Assembly: GCA_041666485.1 (NCBI GenBank)
Contig: JBAYGW010000003.1
Location: 16,415-80,414 of the forward strand
DNA from: Patescibacteria group bacterium
GTDB lineage: Bacteria; Patescibacteriota; Patescibacteriia; UM-FILTER-42-10
Direction of reading: 5' to 3'
Length of the DNA stretch: 64,000 nucleotides
The notes under the pieces are model-generated. The model did not search any database, had not been told where the DNA came from, and saw nothing but the letters and a program-made list of their open reading frames with translations. This document shows positions 48,367 to 59,093 of the stretch, in pieces. Position numbers and translations under genes: made by a program. How positions within the stretch are numbered: the stretch's first letter is position 1; the number at the start of each line of letters is the position of its first letter.

Positions 48367-49038
48367 ATGGATCAGAAAGTGATTATCTCGATTAGAAATA
48401 TCGAGAAAACATATAACCTTGGCGAAATAAAGGTTAAAGCACTGAGAAAAATCTCCTTAGATATTCAAGAAGGAGAATTTTTGATTATTACCGGCAGAAA
48501 CGGATCCGGCAAGTCCACCCTGCTCCGACAAATCGGCCTTTTAGACTGGCCGAACCGCGGTCAAATATTTCTGGACGGAGATGAAGTCACCCATTTGAAG
48601 GAAAAACACCGCAGAAAAATCCGCCACAAAAAAATCGGTTATATTTTTCAGGAATACGCTTTGATTCCGGAATTAAACGCAATTGAAAATGTAATGCTCC
48701 CCGCCATGCTGATTGAACCGACAAAATCCTGCAAACCGAGAGCAATTGATTTACTGAAAAAGGTCGGGCTGGAAAATCGGCTCAGGCATCAGCCGAAACA
48801 GATGTCCGGCGGTGAACAGCAGAAGGTAGCCATTGCCCGCGCGCTGATTAATAACCCAAAAATACTTTTCGCTGACGAACCGACCGCAAATCTTGATTCA
48901 ATAGCGGCGGGTGGAATTCTGGAAATATTTGAACGACTACATGCTGAGGGCCATACAATTGTAATGATTTCTCACGAGCAGGATGAAAAAAGCTACGCAA
49001 GCAGGATTATTGAATTAAGAGACGGGGTATTATTATGA
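48367..49038 (+). CDS. ABC transporter ATP-binding protein (LolD/MacB-like)
   Basis: Walker A GRNGSGKST, signature MSGGEQQKVAIARAL, Walker B LFADEPTANLD. Confidence 0.88.
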   Translation: MDQKVIISIRNIEKTYNLGEIKVKALRKISLDIQEGEFLIITGRNGSGKSTLLRQIGLLDWPNRGQIFLDGDEVTHLKEKHRRKIRHKKIGYIFQEYALIPELNAIENVMLPAMLIEPTKSCKPRAIDLLKKVGLENRLRHQPKQMSGGEQQKVAIARALINNPKILFADEPTANLDSIAAGGILEIFERLHAEGHTIVMISHEQDEKSYASRIIELRDGVLL

Positions 49039-50234
49039 AATATGAATTTAAAATTCCGTTTTTTCTGGCATTTCGCCAGATTACCCGTGGTAGTAAGTGG
49101 ACTTTCTTTTTGATAATTTTTTTAATGGCGGCATCATTTATTAATCTAGTTTTTGTTTCTTCTCTTTTCAAGGGCATTATTAAAGGATCAAATGAGCAGG
49201 TGATAAATATGCATTCCGGACATATCATGATTAAACCGAACAGCGGAAAGGACGTGTTTGAAAACCGGGATGATCTAATTGAAGAGATTGAGAAAATCCC
49301 AAATATTGAATCAGCAACTACGCAATTTGAGATTGGCGGAAATCTTGCACTGAATGAAAAAAGCGGTAATTGGATAATCAATGCCATAAACCCGGATGAG
49401 GAGGTAAAAGTTACAAAACTTTTTGACAGTATGATTTCCGGGGAATATTTAAAATCAGGAGACCGGGAAGGAATTATCCTTGGTAAACAGATCGCGGGTG
49501 GTGATGTGGCGGAACTGGATGCTTTTTCCCTACATGCCAATGTCGGAGATACTATCATTGCAAATTTTAACGGCGTGGAAAAAGAATTTGTTGTAAGAGG
49601 AATATTCAATTCCAAATACATGACCGTAGACAATACTGCATTTATCACTTACGCGGGTTTGGAATCTATTTTTCCGGCTTTGGTTAATCAGGCCAATACC
49701 GCGCTTGTCCGCTTGATTGAACCCGGTGAAGAACAGACGGCCATCAATCAGCTGAAGAATGCGGGTATTCATGGAACATTTTATACCTGGGAAGACGCGG
49801 CCGGCATAATGAACTCCGTAACAAGCAGTTTTCTGACAATTGATTTTATACTCAGCTTTGTTGCCACATTAATCGCAGCGGTAACAATTTTTATAGTTGT
49901 CTACATTGATATTTCAAACAAGCGACAACAAATCGGAATATTGCGGGCGATAGGAGTGAAACCATATATTATCCGTTCCGCATACGTTATTATTTCTTCA
50001 ATATATTCCGTAATTGGCGTTGCTGTCGGTGCCGGACTGTTTTTCGGAATTATCATGCCGTATTTTGTTGCACATCCCTTTGTACTGCCGATTGTGGATG
50101 CAACCTTGGCAATTGAGCCTGGAGATTTTATTTTCCGCATGGAATCAATTATTATTGTTTCAATTCTGGTCAGCCTTATCCCCTCCTTCATGATAACCAG
50201 AATTAAGTTATTAAACGCTATCTGGGGTAAATAA
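49035..50234 (+). CDS. ABC transporter permease (FtsX/LolE-like)
   Basis: 4-nt overlap with ATPase gene; periplasmic domain + C-terminal FtsX bundle. Confidence 0.8.
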   Translation: MKYEFKIPFFLAFRQITRGSKWTFFLIIFLMAASFINLVFVSSLFKGIIKGSNEQVINMHSGHIMIKPNSGKDVFENRDDLIEEIEKIPNIESATTQFEIGGNLALNEKSGNWIINAINPDEEVKVTKLFDSMISGEYLKSGDREGIILGKQIAGGDVAELDAFSLHANVGDTIIANFNGVEKEFVVRGIFNSKYMTVDNTAFITYAGLESIFPALVNQANTALVRLIEPGEEQTAINQLKNAGIHGTFYTWEDAAGIMNSVTSSFLTIDFILSFVATLIAAVTIFIVVYIDISNKRQQIGILRAIGVKPYIIRSAYVIISSIYSVIGVAVGAGLFFGIIMPYFVAHPFVLPIVDATLAIEPGDFIFRMESIIIVSILVSLIPSFMITRIKLLNAIWGK

Positions 50235-50265
50235 TTAATACAACTAGAAGGGATATCTAAACAAC

Positions 50266-50655
50266 ATGGAAGAACCTAAGGTAAGTCCAAAACCATTAAG
50301 GCTTTTTTACTTTTGGTCCGGTATCATCGCTACATTCGCCTACCGTGCAATTATTGTAATCAATGACGCGGTCGTCGTGAAGATATTTTGGTATGTCGGC
50401 ACAATCGGTTTTATAATCTATTTTATACACCGGTTTGATATTTCGCAAAAACGCTCTAAATTGATTGTAGATCACAAACTGCGGGAGAAAATGGACACTC
50501 TTGACCATCTGACCGACGATGATAAAAAAGCACTGAGTTATATACTCGGTACCCTAGTATCTTCAAAAGAGAAATGGAACAATTACGCAATCTTTATTCT
50601 CTCCGGAATTGCCCTAATATTGGGAATATTATTTGATTTTATCCTTAAAATTTAA
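50266..50655 (+). CDS. small membrane protein
   Basis: 129 aa, 3 hydrophobic helices. Confidence 0.4.
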   Translation: MEEPKVSPKPLRLFYFWSGIIATFAYRAIIVINDAVVVKIFWYVGTIGFIIYFIHRFDISQKRSKLIVDHKLREKMDTLDHLTDDDKKALSYILGTLVSSKEKWNNYAIFILSGIALILGILFDFILKI

Positions 50656-50658
50656 ATT

Positions 50659-51093
50659 TTGATGGAAATAAAACAATTCACCGCCACCAAAGCGTTTATC
50701 AAATATAACGGTAAAATTCTGATTCTCCGTGAATCAGGAAAATATGAAGACGGAACTAATATGGGATATTATGATATTCCCGGTGGCAGAGTGAAGCCCG
50801 GGCAAAGGTTTGACGAAAGCTTGAGGAGGGAAATTAAAGAAGAAACCGGATTGAATATTGCGATCGGTGAACCGTTTTTTGTGAGTGAATGGCGACCGGA
50901 AAAAAACGGCGAGCAGTGGCAGATTGTCGGGATCTTTTTTGAATGTCAGGCGGACATTGACCGAGTGATTTTAAGCAATGATCACGACAAATACGAGTGG
51001 ATTGATCCAAAAGAATATATCAAATTTAAACTTATTGATAACTTAAAGCCGGCATTTAAGAGTTATAATCAGCGTCAAACAGTTAATCAATAA
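50659..51093 (+). CDS. NUDIX hydrolase
   Basis: IPGGRVKPGQRFDESLRREIKEETGL. Confidence 0.8.
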   Translation: MMEIKQFTATKAFIKYNGKILILRESGKYEDGTNMGYYDIPGGRVKPGQRFDESLRREIKEETGLNIAIGEPFFVSEWRPEKNGEQWQIVGIFFECQADIDRVILSNDHDKYEWIDPKEYIKFKLIDNLKPAFKSYNQRQTVNQ

Positions 51094-52066
51094 GTTTTAA
51101 ATACCGAGAGCGGTTAACCCGCTCTTTTTCTTTTTCAAACGCCAATTTAAATTCGGGATAAATTTCGGAAACTCTAACTAACCTATCTTCAACTATTACT
51201 AGTGGATCAATCACACGCATTTTAGATTTTTTGTGGATGTAATCATAAATATCCGCATCTTCAATAACTTTATTACGATCAAGATTTTTTAATCTCCTAG
51301 TCGCTTCAATGATATCATTGTTACTGCAATTTTCTAATTTCTCAATAACTACGTCATCATCGGTTGCTAAATCTTCTTTCATTAATACCCCTGCTTCTAT
51401 AGCCATAACTATAATATTTTTTAACATATTGTAAGAATAGACACCCCAATTGGAATGCCAGAAATTTCCGCACATCCACAATGACAATTCAGCGAATTCT
51501 TTGGCAATATCTTTATCATGAAAAACAATCATATCATTTTTAACAACCAGATCGTTGATGATTATCTTTGCTTTCTTTTGATCTATCCTATTCGCAGTAA
51601 CACCATCACCTAGGGTATACTGCAAGCGATCCGCACAGATATTCGGCAGTTCATTTTCTGCTAGCGGCCATCTTTTTATATCTTCAACAGCGTCCGTATC
51701 AATTTTATATTTCTTCAAAACTGCACTGATGTCAGTCTGAAAATATTTTTTGTTCACGCTTTCTTGATAATCCTCTTTTTCATAACGGTTATATAAGTGA
51801 TCTATTACATGGGAAAATGTTCCGTGCGATATGTCATGCAGCAAACCGGCAAGCTGTTCTTCAAGTCCCGCACCGAATTGTTTTAATAACCAGTACACTC
51901 CCAATGAATGTTCAAATCGGGTTGTATCAGCTTCCGGATAAAAATAATGGTAAATTCCATATTGATGTATTTTTTTTAACCTCTGCAATTGCGGAGTATC
52001 AATCAATTCCAAAACTACCGGCTCTGTGATTTCAATGTTTCCATAGATTTTATCTGTGAATCGCAT
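51083..52066 (-). CDS. HD-domain phosphohydrolase
   Basis: HSLGV…LLHDISH HD motif. Confidence 0.7.
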   Translation of the reverse strand: MRFTDKIYGNIEITEPVVLELIDTPQLQRLKKIHQYGIYHYFYPEADTTRFEHSLGVYWLLKQFGAGLEEQLAGLLHDISHGTFSHVIDHLYNRYEKEDYQESVNKKYFQTDISAVLKKYKIDTDAVEDIKRWPLAENELPNICADRLQYTLGDGVTANRIDQKKAKIIINDLVVKNDMIVFHDKDIAKEFAELSLWMCGNFWHSNWGVYSYNMLKNIIVMAIEAGVLMKEDLATDDDVVIEKLENCSNNDIIEATRRLKNLDRNKVIEDADIYDYIHKKSKMRVIDPLVIVEDRLVRVSEIYPEFKLAFEKEKERVNRSRYLKLID

Positions 52067-52119
52067 GGATCTATTGTATTAAAAAAAGCGGATGTCGTCC
52101 ACCTTATTGTAATTTCTTT

Positions 52120-52401
52120 TTACTTTTTTATTGCTATCGGCCGTAGTGCAAAATACACAAAGGCAAATACAATGATTGTACCGATCATTCCGGCAAACGC
52201 CACAGCCAAGTAGTCATTGCCGAATATGTTCAATTCATAATCCGGCATTAGCACCTTTGAAGGATAATTTAGCGCTTTTACAATAAAACCCTTATCTTCC
52301 GCGACTTTTTCCAGGCCATCAGGGCTAGAAGAAGCAAACAAAGAAACAACACTTGCTGACAAAATAGATACTAATAATAGTATTTTATATCTTCTGTTCA
52401 T
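52120..52401 (-). CDS. PDGLE-domain protein (CbiN-like partner of CbiM)
   Basis: signal/TM, SSPDGLE motif, C-terminal TM; overlaps cbiM by 17 nt. Confidence 0.5.
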   Translation of the reverse strand: MNRRYKILLLVSILSASVVSLFASSSPDGLEKVAEDKGFIVKALNYPSKVLMPDYELNIFGNDYLAVAFAGMIGTIIVFAFVYFALRPIAIKK

Positions 52402-53089
52402 TGCCTTTTTCTTTTTGCATATACCAAACTATCGCAAACGTAATTATGCCCTCGCCAATGCCGATCAAAGCATGCGTCTTAACCATTGCGGGAATAACTA
52501 AATTCAGTGCAATTGTGTTTGAAATTGCCAGTTCAAGAGATGTCGCAATTGATGCTAAGACAACACTTAACCAACCAGCAATAAAAACAGACAATAGTTT
52601 AAACTTAACAATCTTCCTGATTCCCTTGTAGCAATAAAAACCCGCTATTGTACCAATTATGCCCATATTAAAAATATTTGCACCCAAAGCAACCAACCCC
52701 CCGTCCGCAAAAAAAATAGACTGTATAACTAGAACGGCCGATATCACAATCAAAGCTTCCAGCGGACCGAGCAGTACAGCCGCCAACACTCCGCCCAATA
52801 AATGGCCGGACGTTCCATTCGCCACCGGAAAATTAAGCATTTGTGTCGCAAACACAAATGATGCGATAGTAGCCATGCGTAACAATTTATCCTTTCCATA
52901 TCCAGACAGTACGGATGTTTTTTTTACCGTTGAAAATTGCGCACCTTCGGGCGTAGCTAGCGCAAGAATTTCCTTCTTTACAAAAAACTTTCTTTTTACC
53001 CTGCTAACAGCAAAGCTGACCGCAGCAACTGCTGCAGTAATTAATGAAGCGGACGTATTTGGTCCTAAAAATCCGTCTGGAATATGCAT
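52385..53089 (-). CDS. cbiM: ECF/cobalt-nickel transporter substrate component CbiM
   Basis: N-terminal MHIPDG; 6-7 TM. Confidence 0.8.
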   Translation of the reverse strand: MHIPDGFLGPNTSASLITAAVAAVSFAVSRVKRKFFVKKEILALATPEGAQFSTVKKTSVLSGYGKDKLLRMATIASFVFATQMLNFPVANGTSGHLLGGVLAAVLLGPLEALIVISAVLVIQSIFFADGGLVALGANIFNMGIIGTIAGFYCYKGIRKIVKFKLLSVFIAGWLSVVLASIATSLELAISNTIALNLVIPAMVKTHALIGIGEGIITFAIVWYMQKEKGNEQKI

Positions 53090-53092
53090 AGT

Positions 53093-53842
53093 TTATTCAA
53101 TGAGTAACATTAACGCCATTATTCCAATTCCGAGCATTAAGGACAGTAATTGAAACCACGATTTTCTAAAGTCGGTTTCTTTTTTCATTTCCGGAATTAA
53201 ATCAGCAGCAGCAATATAGACAAAACCGCCGACCGTAAACGCAACAAGAAATTCTTGCGTATTTTCCAAAACTGATCCAACTAATAAGGCCAGGACAGCG
53301 CCCGCTATTGCCGTTAATGCAGACAGAAAATTGAAAAGTAGCGCTTTTTTCTTGCTAAATCCGGCATGCAATAGAATTCCAAAGTCCCCTATTTCTTGAG
53401 GAATTTCATGCAATATTACTGCGACAGTTGTCGCGATACCTAACGGGATATTAACTAAGTAACTTCCGGCTATTATCATGCCGTCAATTAGATTATGAAA
53501 GCCATCTCCTACTATATTATTCACTGCAACAGGATGCGGATGATTTTCAGACGTTGGCACATGGCAATGTCGCCAACATAATATTTTTTCCAAAATGAAG
53601 AATAGTAAGAAACCCAATATAATCATAAAAGGGATCATTGCAATATTATTTGAATCTTTATAGACCTCCGGAATCAAATGAATGAATGCGTCACCTAATA
53701 ATGAGCCCGCGGCAAAACTAACTAAGAACAAAAGGCTCTTTTTTAGTTTCTCCATATCAATTGAAATTGCAACGATTCCAATCAATGAAACCAAACTTAC
53801 TATGAAGACGCTCCCAATTGTATATAGCCAAACTTGTGTCAT
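53093..53842 (-). CDS. ZIP family metal transporter (ZupT-like)
   Basis: HEIPQEIGDFGIL motif; 8 TM. Confidence 0.75.
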   Translation of the reverse strand: MTQVWLYTIGSVFIVSLVSLIGIVAISIDMEKLKKSLLFLVSFAAGSLLGDAFIHLIPEVYKDSNNIAMIPFMIILGFLLFFILEKILCWRHCHVPTSENHPHPVAVNNIVGDGFHNLIDGMIIAGSYLVNIPLGIATTVAVILHEIPQEIGDFGILLHAGFSKKKALLFNFLSALTAIAGAVLALLVGSVLENTQEFLVAFTVGGFVYIAAADLIPEMKKETDFRKSWFQLLSLMLGIGIMALMLLIE

Positions 53843-53863
53843 ATTATTTTCATTATATCATTA

Positions 53864-54838
53864 TTATTCAACGCTCGCATCAAGCTTCTTTAAACGTAAT
53901 ATTGACCAGATAGCGCCAAACACAATTACGGCGCCCAGCCATTGTCCTAAAGATAGCGTTTGATTATGTATAAAGTATTCTAATATTATGGCACTGACCG
54001 GAAAAACCATTTCGTACATTATGGAACGCGTTGCCAAAACTTTTTTTAACCCCCAGTAGTATATAAATATTGCCGTACCGCCGGTGGTCAGCGCAATCAC
54101 CACGAAAGCACCGATCAGGTTCCAATTCACAGCACTAAATCCGGCGAAGCCCTCATAATTAGTATCAATCCCGGAATAATTTAACAGCGAAATCACAGAA
54201 ATTATTACTAGCATTATTGCTGTTGTAATAAAAAACCTCAGGGCAGTTCCCAAACCGTTACTGATTTTAGTAACCGCTCTTTTTGAAAACACAGTTGAGG
54301 ATCCGAACGAAAAGGCGGCCAGAATAGCCAGCATTGCCGGCACAAACATTCCGGTGACTTTGAAATTCGGGCTGTTCAAACCGAATGTCAAAAGATAACT
54401 GCCAATCAGAGCAACTAGCGCCCAGACGTAAAATACTTTTCTTGGCCTTTCTTTCAGCCACAAATATGCAAGCAGTATGGCGAAGATCGGCTGCAGCTTC
54501 TGAAGTAAAAGTACCACGGAAATATTCAGGCCTTCACTATAAACCTGCACGATTGCCGCGATGATCGCCATAGTCCCGATCGCACCACCGAACAAGCCGG
54601 TCAATCCAAATGCCAACCAGTCTTTTTTATCCAGATTTTTCAATTCGGCGGATTTGGTAAACAAGAAATAACTTAAGAATACTGATGAAACAGCATGTAA
54701 CATGAAAACAAATGTCGGTACGTCGGAAAGACCCAGGTCTACCACCCAGGGTGTCAGTACCACTCCGTCAAATGCCCATAAAAAAGCGGCAAACATGATT
54801 GCCAGCGCTCCCATAAAACCAATATTCTTTAATCTCAT
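53864..54838 (-). CDS. EamA/DMT family transporter
   Basis: 10 TM, duplicated EamA-type halves. Confidence 0.68.
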   Translation of the reverse strand: MRLKNIGFMGALAIMFAAFLWAFDGVVLTPWVVDLGLSDVPTFVFMLHAVSSVFLSYFLFTKSAELKNLDKKDWLAFGLTGLFGGAIGTMAIIAAIVQVYSEGLNISVVLLLQKLQPIFAILLAYLWLKERPRKVFYVWALVALIGSYLLTFGLNSPNFKVTGMFVPAMLAILAAFSFGSSTVFSKRAVTKISNGLGTALRFFITTAIMLVIISVISLLNYSGIDTNYEGFAGFSAVNWNLIGAFVVIALTTGGTAIFIYYWGLKKVLATRSIMYEMVFPVSAIILEYFIHNQTLSLGQWLGAVIVFGAIWSILRLKKLDASVE

Positions 54839-54882
54839 ATTAATTTAAAATTTTGTAAAGATATTATATCAGAAAATAATGA

Positions 54883-55653
54883 TTAGCATAATTTTACAGT
54901 TTCATCATGAAGTCTGGTGCCGTTAGTGGCAATAAATATGCTGTTCATGTCATTTTTTTCAATTCTGCCGGAAAAATCCGTAATGCGTGCCCCTGCCTCT
55001 CGGGCAATTAATTTGCCCGCGATATGGTCATATATTTCGCTGTAGTTATTAATTAATATTTCTACTTTCCCTGAAGCAAGCATGCAGAAATCCAGTGAAG
55101 GAGACCAATTGCGTAAAATTCTTTTTACTTTTTTATTTTCAACTCTATCAATGATTAACTTATGCGGCTTGCGGTTCACTGTGTAATGAGTTATGTAGAC
55201 AACGGTTGATTTCTCCAATTCGGATATTTTATTTACTTCAATCTTTTTTTTATTACAGAAAGCGCCATTACCTTTTTCCGCATAATATGTTTTTTCTTGG
55301 ATCGGGTCGTACACTACTGACGCAATTATTTCATCATTTCTTAATAATGCGATGGAAGCAGAAAAATTAGGTATTCCTAAAACAAAATTATTTGAGCCGT
55401 CTAACGGATCAATGATCAAGGTATATTCAGAATTTTTCTTTATCTCTCCCGTTTCTTCGGAGAAGATATTAAAACCGGGTAATTCTTTGGTGACAATATT
55501 TAAAATAGCCGCCTCTGATTCAATATCAGCTTTCGTATAAACATCAGCCGGAAATGTCTTCTGAACAACTTGCAGATCGTGGCCGAAATATTTCCTTAAT
55601 ACTTCCCCGCCGGCCTCTGCCGCTTTGATAATTACCTTTGTTTCTCTTTTCAT
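54883..55653 (-). CDS. inositol-monophosphatase family protein (IMPase/CysQ/FBPase-like)
   Basis: IIDPLDGSNNF metal-binding motif. Confidence 0.8.
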   Translation of the reverse strand: MKRETKVIIKAAEAGGEVLRKYFGHDLQVVQKTFPADVYTKADIESEAAILNIVTKELPGFNIFSEETGEIKKNSEYTLIIDPLDGSNNFVLGIPNFSASIALLRNDEIIASVVYDPIQEKTYYAEKGNGAFCNKKKIEVNKISELEKSTVVYITHYTVNRKPHKLIIDRVENKKVKRILRNWSPSLDFCMLASGKVEILINNYSEIYDHIAGKLIAREAGARITDFSGRIEKNDMNSIFIATNGTRLHDETVKLC

Positions 55654-55810
55654 ACCGTCTTATTGTACCAAATATCAATGTTTCTGGCGACTTGTCATTA
55701 CAGTCACGTAGCAACCCTGACTTGCCAGAGTAAATGAAATATGGTAAAAACAAAACTGTGCCCATCTTCAGGGCGCAAATGACCAAAACCCGTTTTTGGG
55801 AGGTATTGGT

Positions 55811-56923
55811 ATGGACCAACGATTTGTCGATCTGGCGAGAGTCATGGTCGGCCATTCCACAAGGGTCTCAAAGGACGATATCGTCATCGTCAAGAGCACG
55901 GAGGTAGTGCCGCCCGACATGATCTTCGCGGTGATCCAGACCGTGCGCGAAGCGGGGGGCTCCGTGATCCCCTGGCGCTACGATCCGCGCATTGACTTCG
56001 AGGCATTCAGGGGTGGCACCGCTCACCAGCTGCGTGCCTGGGGCGCCGGCCAGTTTACCCAACTGGCTGCCGCCAACTGCTTCATTGAGTTCCGGCCGTT
56101 CAGTAACCAGCTCGACGGCAACGACGTGCCGGCAGCGGACATGCAGCGCCACGGCGAGGTGTTCGTTCCGCTGACGGTTGAACAGCGCGTGGAACGCACC
56201 CGCTGGGTGCTGACCCGCTGGCCGACGCCGGCCAACGCCCAGTTGGCCGGGATGTCCACGACGCAGTTCGAAGAGTTCTTCTTCAAGGCATGCCTCGCCG
56301 ACTACGGCGCCATGGCCAAGGCCGTGAAGCCGCTCGTCGCCCTGATGGAGCGGACCGACCAGGTCCAGATCCAAGGGCCGGGCGACACCGATCTCACTTT
56401 CAGCATCAAGGGAATTCCGATCATCGCCTGTACCGGATCGCACAACATCCCCGACGGCGAAGTGTTCACGGCGCCGGTTCGCGATTCCATGAACGGCGTG
56501 ATCGCCTACAACACCCCCACGGTCAACTCCCGCGGCCAGCGGTTCACCAATCTCCGCTTCGTGGTCAAGGCGGGCAAGATCGTGGAGGCGACCTGCGAGA
56601 CGGGTGACCAGACGGCGCTGGACGCCTTCCTGGACACCGACGAGGGTGCCCGCTACTTCGGCGAATTCGCCCTCGGCATCAACAACTTCGTCACGGGTGT
56701 GATCGGCGAAACGCTGTTCGACGAGAAGGTCGGTGGAAGCCTCCACTTGACGCCCGGCCGGTGCTATGAGCAAGCGCCGAACGGGAACCAGTCGGCCAAC
56801 CACTGGGACATCGTCTGCGATCAGCGCGGGGCTTCCGGTGGTGGGGAGATCTACTTCGACGGCAAGCTGGTCCGCAGCAAAGGGCTTTTCATCCCGAAGA
56901 GCCTCCACGCGCTCAATCCCTGA
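55811..56923 (+). CDS. M29-family aminopeptidase (aminopeptidase T/AmpS-like), GC-rich
   Basis: NIPDGEVFTAP, LDTDEGARYFGEFALG match Thermus aminopeptidase T; GGGAGG RBS; antisense 364-aa ORF has no motifs. Confidence 0.8.
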   Translation: MDQRFVDLARVMVGHSTRVSKDDIVIVKSTEVVPPDMIFAVIQTVREAGGSVIPWRYDPRIDFEAFRGGTAHQLRAWGAGQFTQLAAANCFIEFRPFSNQLDGNDVPAADMQRHGEVFVPLTVEQRVERTRWVLTRWPTPANAQLAGMSTTQFEEFFFKACLADYGAMAKAVKPLVALMERTDQVQIQGPGDTDLTFSIKGIPIIACTGSHNIPDGEVFTAPVRDSMNGVIAYNTPTVNSRGQRFTNLRFVVKAGKIVEATCETGDQTALDAFLDTDEGARYFGEFALGINNFVTGVIGETLFDEKVGGSLHLTPGRCYEQAPNGNQSANHWDIVCDQRGASGGGEIYFDGKLVRSKGLFIPKSLHALNP

Positions 56924-57035
56924 CCGCACAACCGGCGCATTGTCAACTAAGCCGTCTAGCACGGCTATTCGCTCTTGAAACGGACCCGCGAACTGTGACC
57001 TTAACAGTTCAAAGGTCCATTTTTTTTATAATCTA

Positions 57036-57069
57036 AAACCGCTCAAATAATGCATATTGAGCGGTTTTA
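57036..57069. terminator. bidirectional rho-independent terminator
   Basis: AAAACCGCTCAA…TTGAGCGGTTTTA flanked by A/T runs on both sides. Confidence 0.6.
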
Positions 57070-57080
57070 TGAATTAATAT

Positions 57081-58127
57081 TTATTTCACTAGGTTTTTCA
57101 TTTTCATTTTCTGGCTGTAAGAAGTAATATTTTCAATCGTCGTATCCAATATCCTTTCCAACGCCTCTTTGCTGTTGAAAGCGTTATGCGGGGTTACTAC
57201 AACTTTGTCAGACATTAATAGCATATGACCTTCCACGATTGTTTCCAGATTCTCCTTGATATTCTGCTGATTTTTGCTGACAAAATGCGGGGACAAAAGT
57301 TCCGTTTCTTCTTTGAGTATATATTTTTCCTCTTCTAACACATCTAATCCAATACCTGCAAGTTTGCCACTACGTAACCCGTCAATCAAAGCTGTCGTAT
57401 CAATCAGGCCTCCGCGGGCGGTATTGATGATCATTGCCCCTTCTTTAACCAGTTTGATATTTTTCCTGTTGATCATGTGATGGGTTTTCTTGGTATACGG
57501 CGCGTGCAGTGTAATAATATCCGACACACTGATCAGCCGGTTGAGTGTTACATATTGGAACCCCATTTTCTTTGCTAACTTCTGATTCCGATGAACATCA
57601 TACACAATCACTTTCATATTGAAGCCTTGGGCAATTCTTATGACATGTTGTCCGATATTTCCACTGCCAACCACGCCGATCGTTTTGTCTCTGAGATCAA
57701 AACCACGCAATCCCTCCAAACTGAAATTTCCACGTGATGTCCGTTCATAAGCCTGGTGGATTTTCCTGCTAAGCGAGAGAATTAAGGCGAAGGTATGTTC
57801 CGCAACCGTATTTGCTCCGTACGTCGGCACATTTGCTACCTTGATATTCATTTTTTGCGCCGACTTAAGATCAATGTGATCAAATCCGGTTGAACGGGTT
57901 GCTACTAATTTCAGATTTGGTAGTGCCGAAAGAATATCCTTATTTATTTTGGAATAGATAAAAGGCGACAAGATACCGACATTCTGAATACTTTTCAGAT
58001 TTTCCTTATCTATAGTTTTACTGAAAAAACTAAGTTCAAACCCTTTTAATCTTTTTTCTAGATATTCCTTTTCCCACTGCTCAACCTCAAAAAAAGCAAC
58101 GCTTACTTTTCGGTTTTTTTTGGTCAT
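57081..58127 (-). CDS. D-isomer-specific 2-hydroxyacid dehydrogenase family
   Basis: GVVGSGNIGQHV NAD-binding motif; catalytic R…E…H. Confidence 0.8.
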   Translation of the reverse strand: MTKKNRKVSVAFFEVEQWEKEYLEKRLKGFELSFFSKTIDKENLKSIQNVGILSPFIYSKINKDILSALPNLKLVATRSTGFDHIDLKSAQKMNIKVANVPTYGANTVAEHTFALILSLSRKIHQAYERTSRGNFSLEGLRGFDLRDKTIGVVGSGNIGQHVIRIAQGFNMKVIVYDVHRNQKLAKKMGFQYVTLNRLISVSDIITLHAPYTKKTHHMINRKNIKLVKEGAMIINTARGGLIDTTALIDGLRSGKLAGIGLDVLEEEKYILKEETELLSPHFVSKNQQNIKENLETIVEGHMLLMSDKVVVTPHNAFNSKEALERILDTTIENITSYSQKMKMKNLVK

Positions 58128-58375
58128 TATTCTTCTCTCTTGGAACCCTTTCTAGCCTTTATCTTTTTTCTAGTTTTGTTAACTTTCTTTACCGTTGCAA
58201 TGCTGGTTAATATAGCAAAGGCACCGGCCAAACCCAACATTACTTTCTTTTTTGTTTCATCATCCATTGAGCTGTACTTACCTTTTATTTTATTGGTATG
58301 CTCAATCAGTTTGTCAAACTTTTTATGTTCAACGGTTGGTGATGAAGCAGGAACGCGTTTCTTGGTAATTTTCAT
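58127..58375 (-). CDS. small Lys-rich membrane-anchored protein
   Basis: 82 aa, one TM, stop/start overlap with downstream gene. Confidence 0.35.
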   Translation of the reverse strand: MKITKKRVPASSPTVEHKKFDKLIEHTNKIKGKYSSMDDETKKKVMLGLAGAFAILTSIATVKKVNKTRKKIKARKGSKREE

Positions 58376-58396
58376 GGGTTTAATCCTTTCTAGTTA

Positions 58397-58972
58397 TTAA
58401 TAATTTTCTTTAAATATTTCAAAGTGTGCCTGGGGGTGCAGGCAAGCCGGGCAGACATTCGGCGCCTTTGTTCCCTCGTGCAGATAACCGCAATTCCGAC
58501 ACTTCCAAATAATCTTTTCACCGCTGACAAATACTTTACCTTCTTCTAAATTTTGATACAGCTTTCTGTACCTTTTTTCGTGTGCTCCTTCAACTTTTGA
58601 AATATTCCGAAAAGCATTGGCAATTTCTTTGAATCCTTCTTCCTCTGCGACATCAGCAAAGCCAGGATATAGTTCTGACCACTCTTCATGTTCGCCTTCC
58701 GCGGCTGCCTTCAAATTTTCCAAGGTCGTGCCAATTTTTCCGGCAGGATAAGTGGCAGTTATTTCAACCTTATTGCCTTCCAAAAATTTGAAAAATATTT
58801 TGGCATGTTCCCGTTCATTCAAAGCGGTTTCTTCAAAAATACCAAACATTTGTTCCAAGCCTTCTTTTTTCGCCTGCTTGGAAAAATAATCATAACGCAT
58901 TCGGGCCTGTGACTCACCGGCAAATGCTTTGAGCAAATTTTTTTCTGTTTGTGAACCAGCTAAATTTCCCAT
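58397..58972 (-). CDS. rbr: rubrerythrin
   Basis: ferritin-like E…EGAHEK…, C-terminal rubredoxin-like CRNCG…CPAC. Confidence 0.88.
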   Translation of the reverse strand: MGNLAGSQTEKNLLKAFAGESQARMRYDYFSKQAKKEGLEQMFGIFEETALNEREHAKIFFKFLEGNKVEITATYPAGKIGTTLENLKAAAEGEHEEWSELYPGFADVAEEEGFKEIANAFRNISKVEGAHEKRYRKLYQNLEEGKVFVSGEKIIWKCRNCGYLHEGTKAPNVCPACLHPQAHFEIFKENY

Positions 58973-59093
58973 ATCAATTGATGTTAATGATTATTTGTAT
59001 TGGTCTACATTATAGCAGATTTACACGGATTATCAATTAGAGCCAAAATGAAAAAACCAAATTATTCCGGCTCAAAATTGAAGATAAACAATT

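Noticed and set aside
55868-56962. 364-aa antisense ORF opposite the M29 aminopeptidase
   Set aside because: It is a high-GC artefact. Only the + strand frame carries recognisable M29 motifs.
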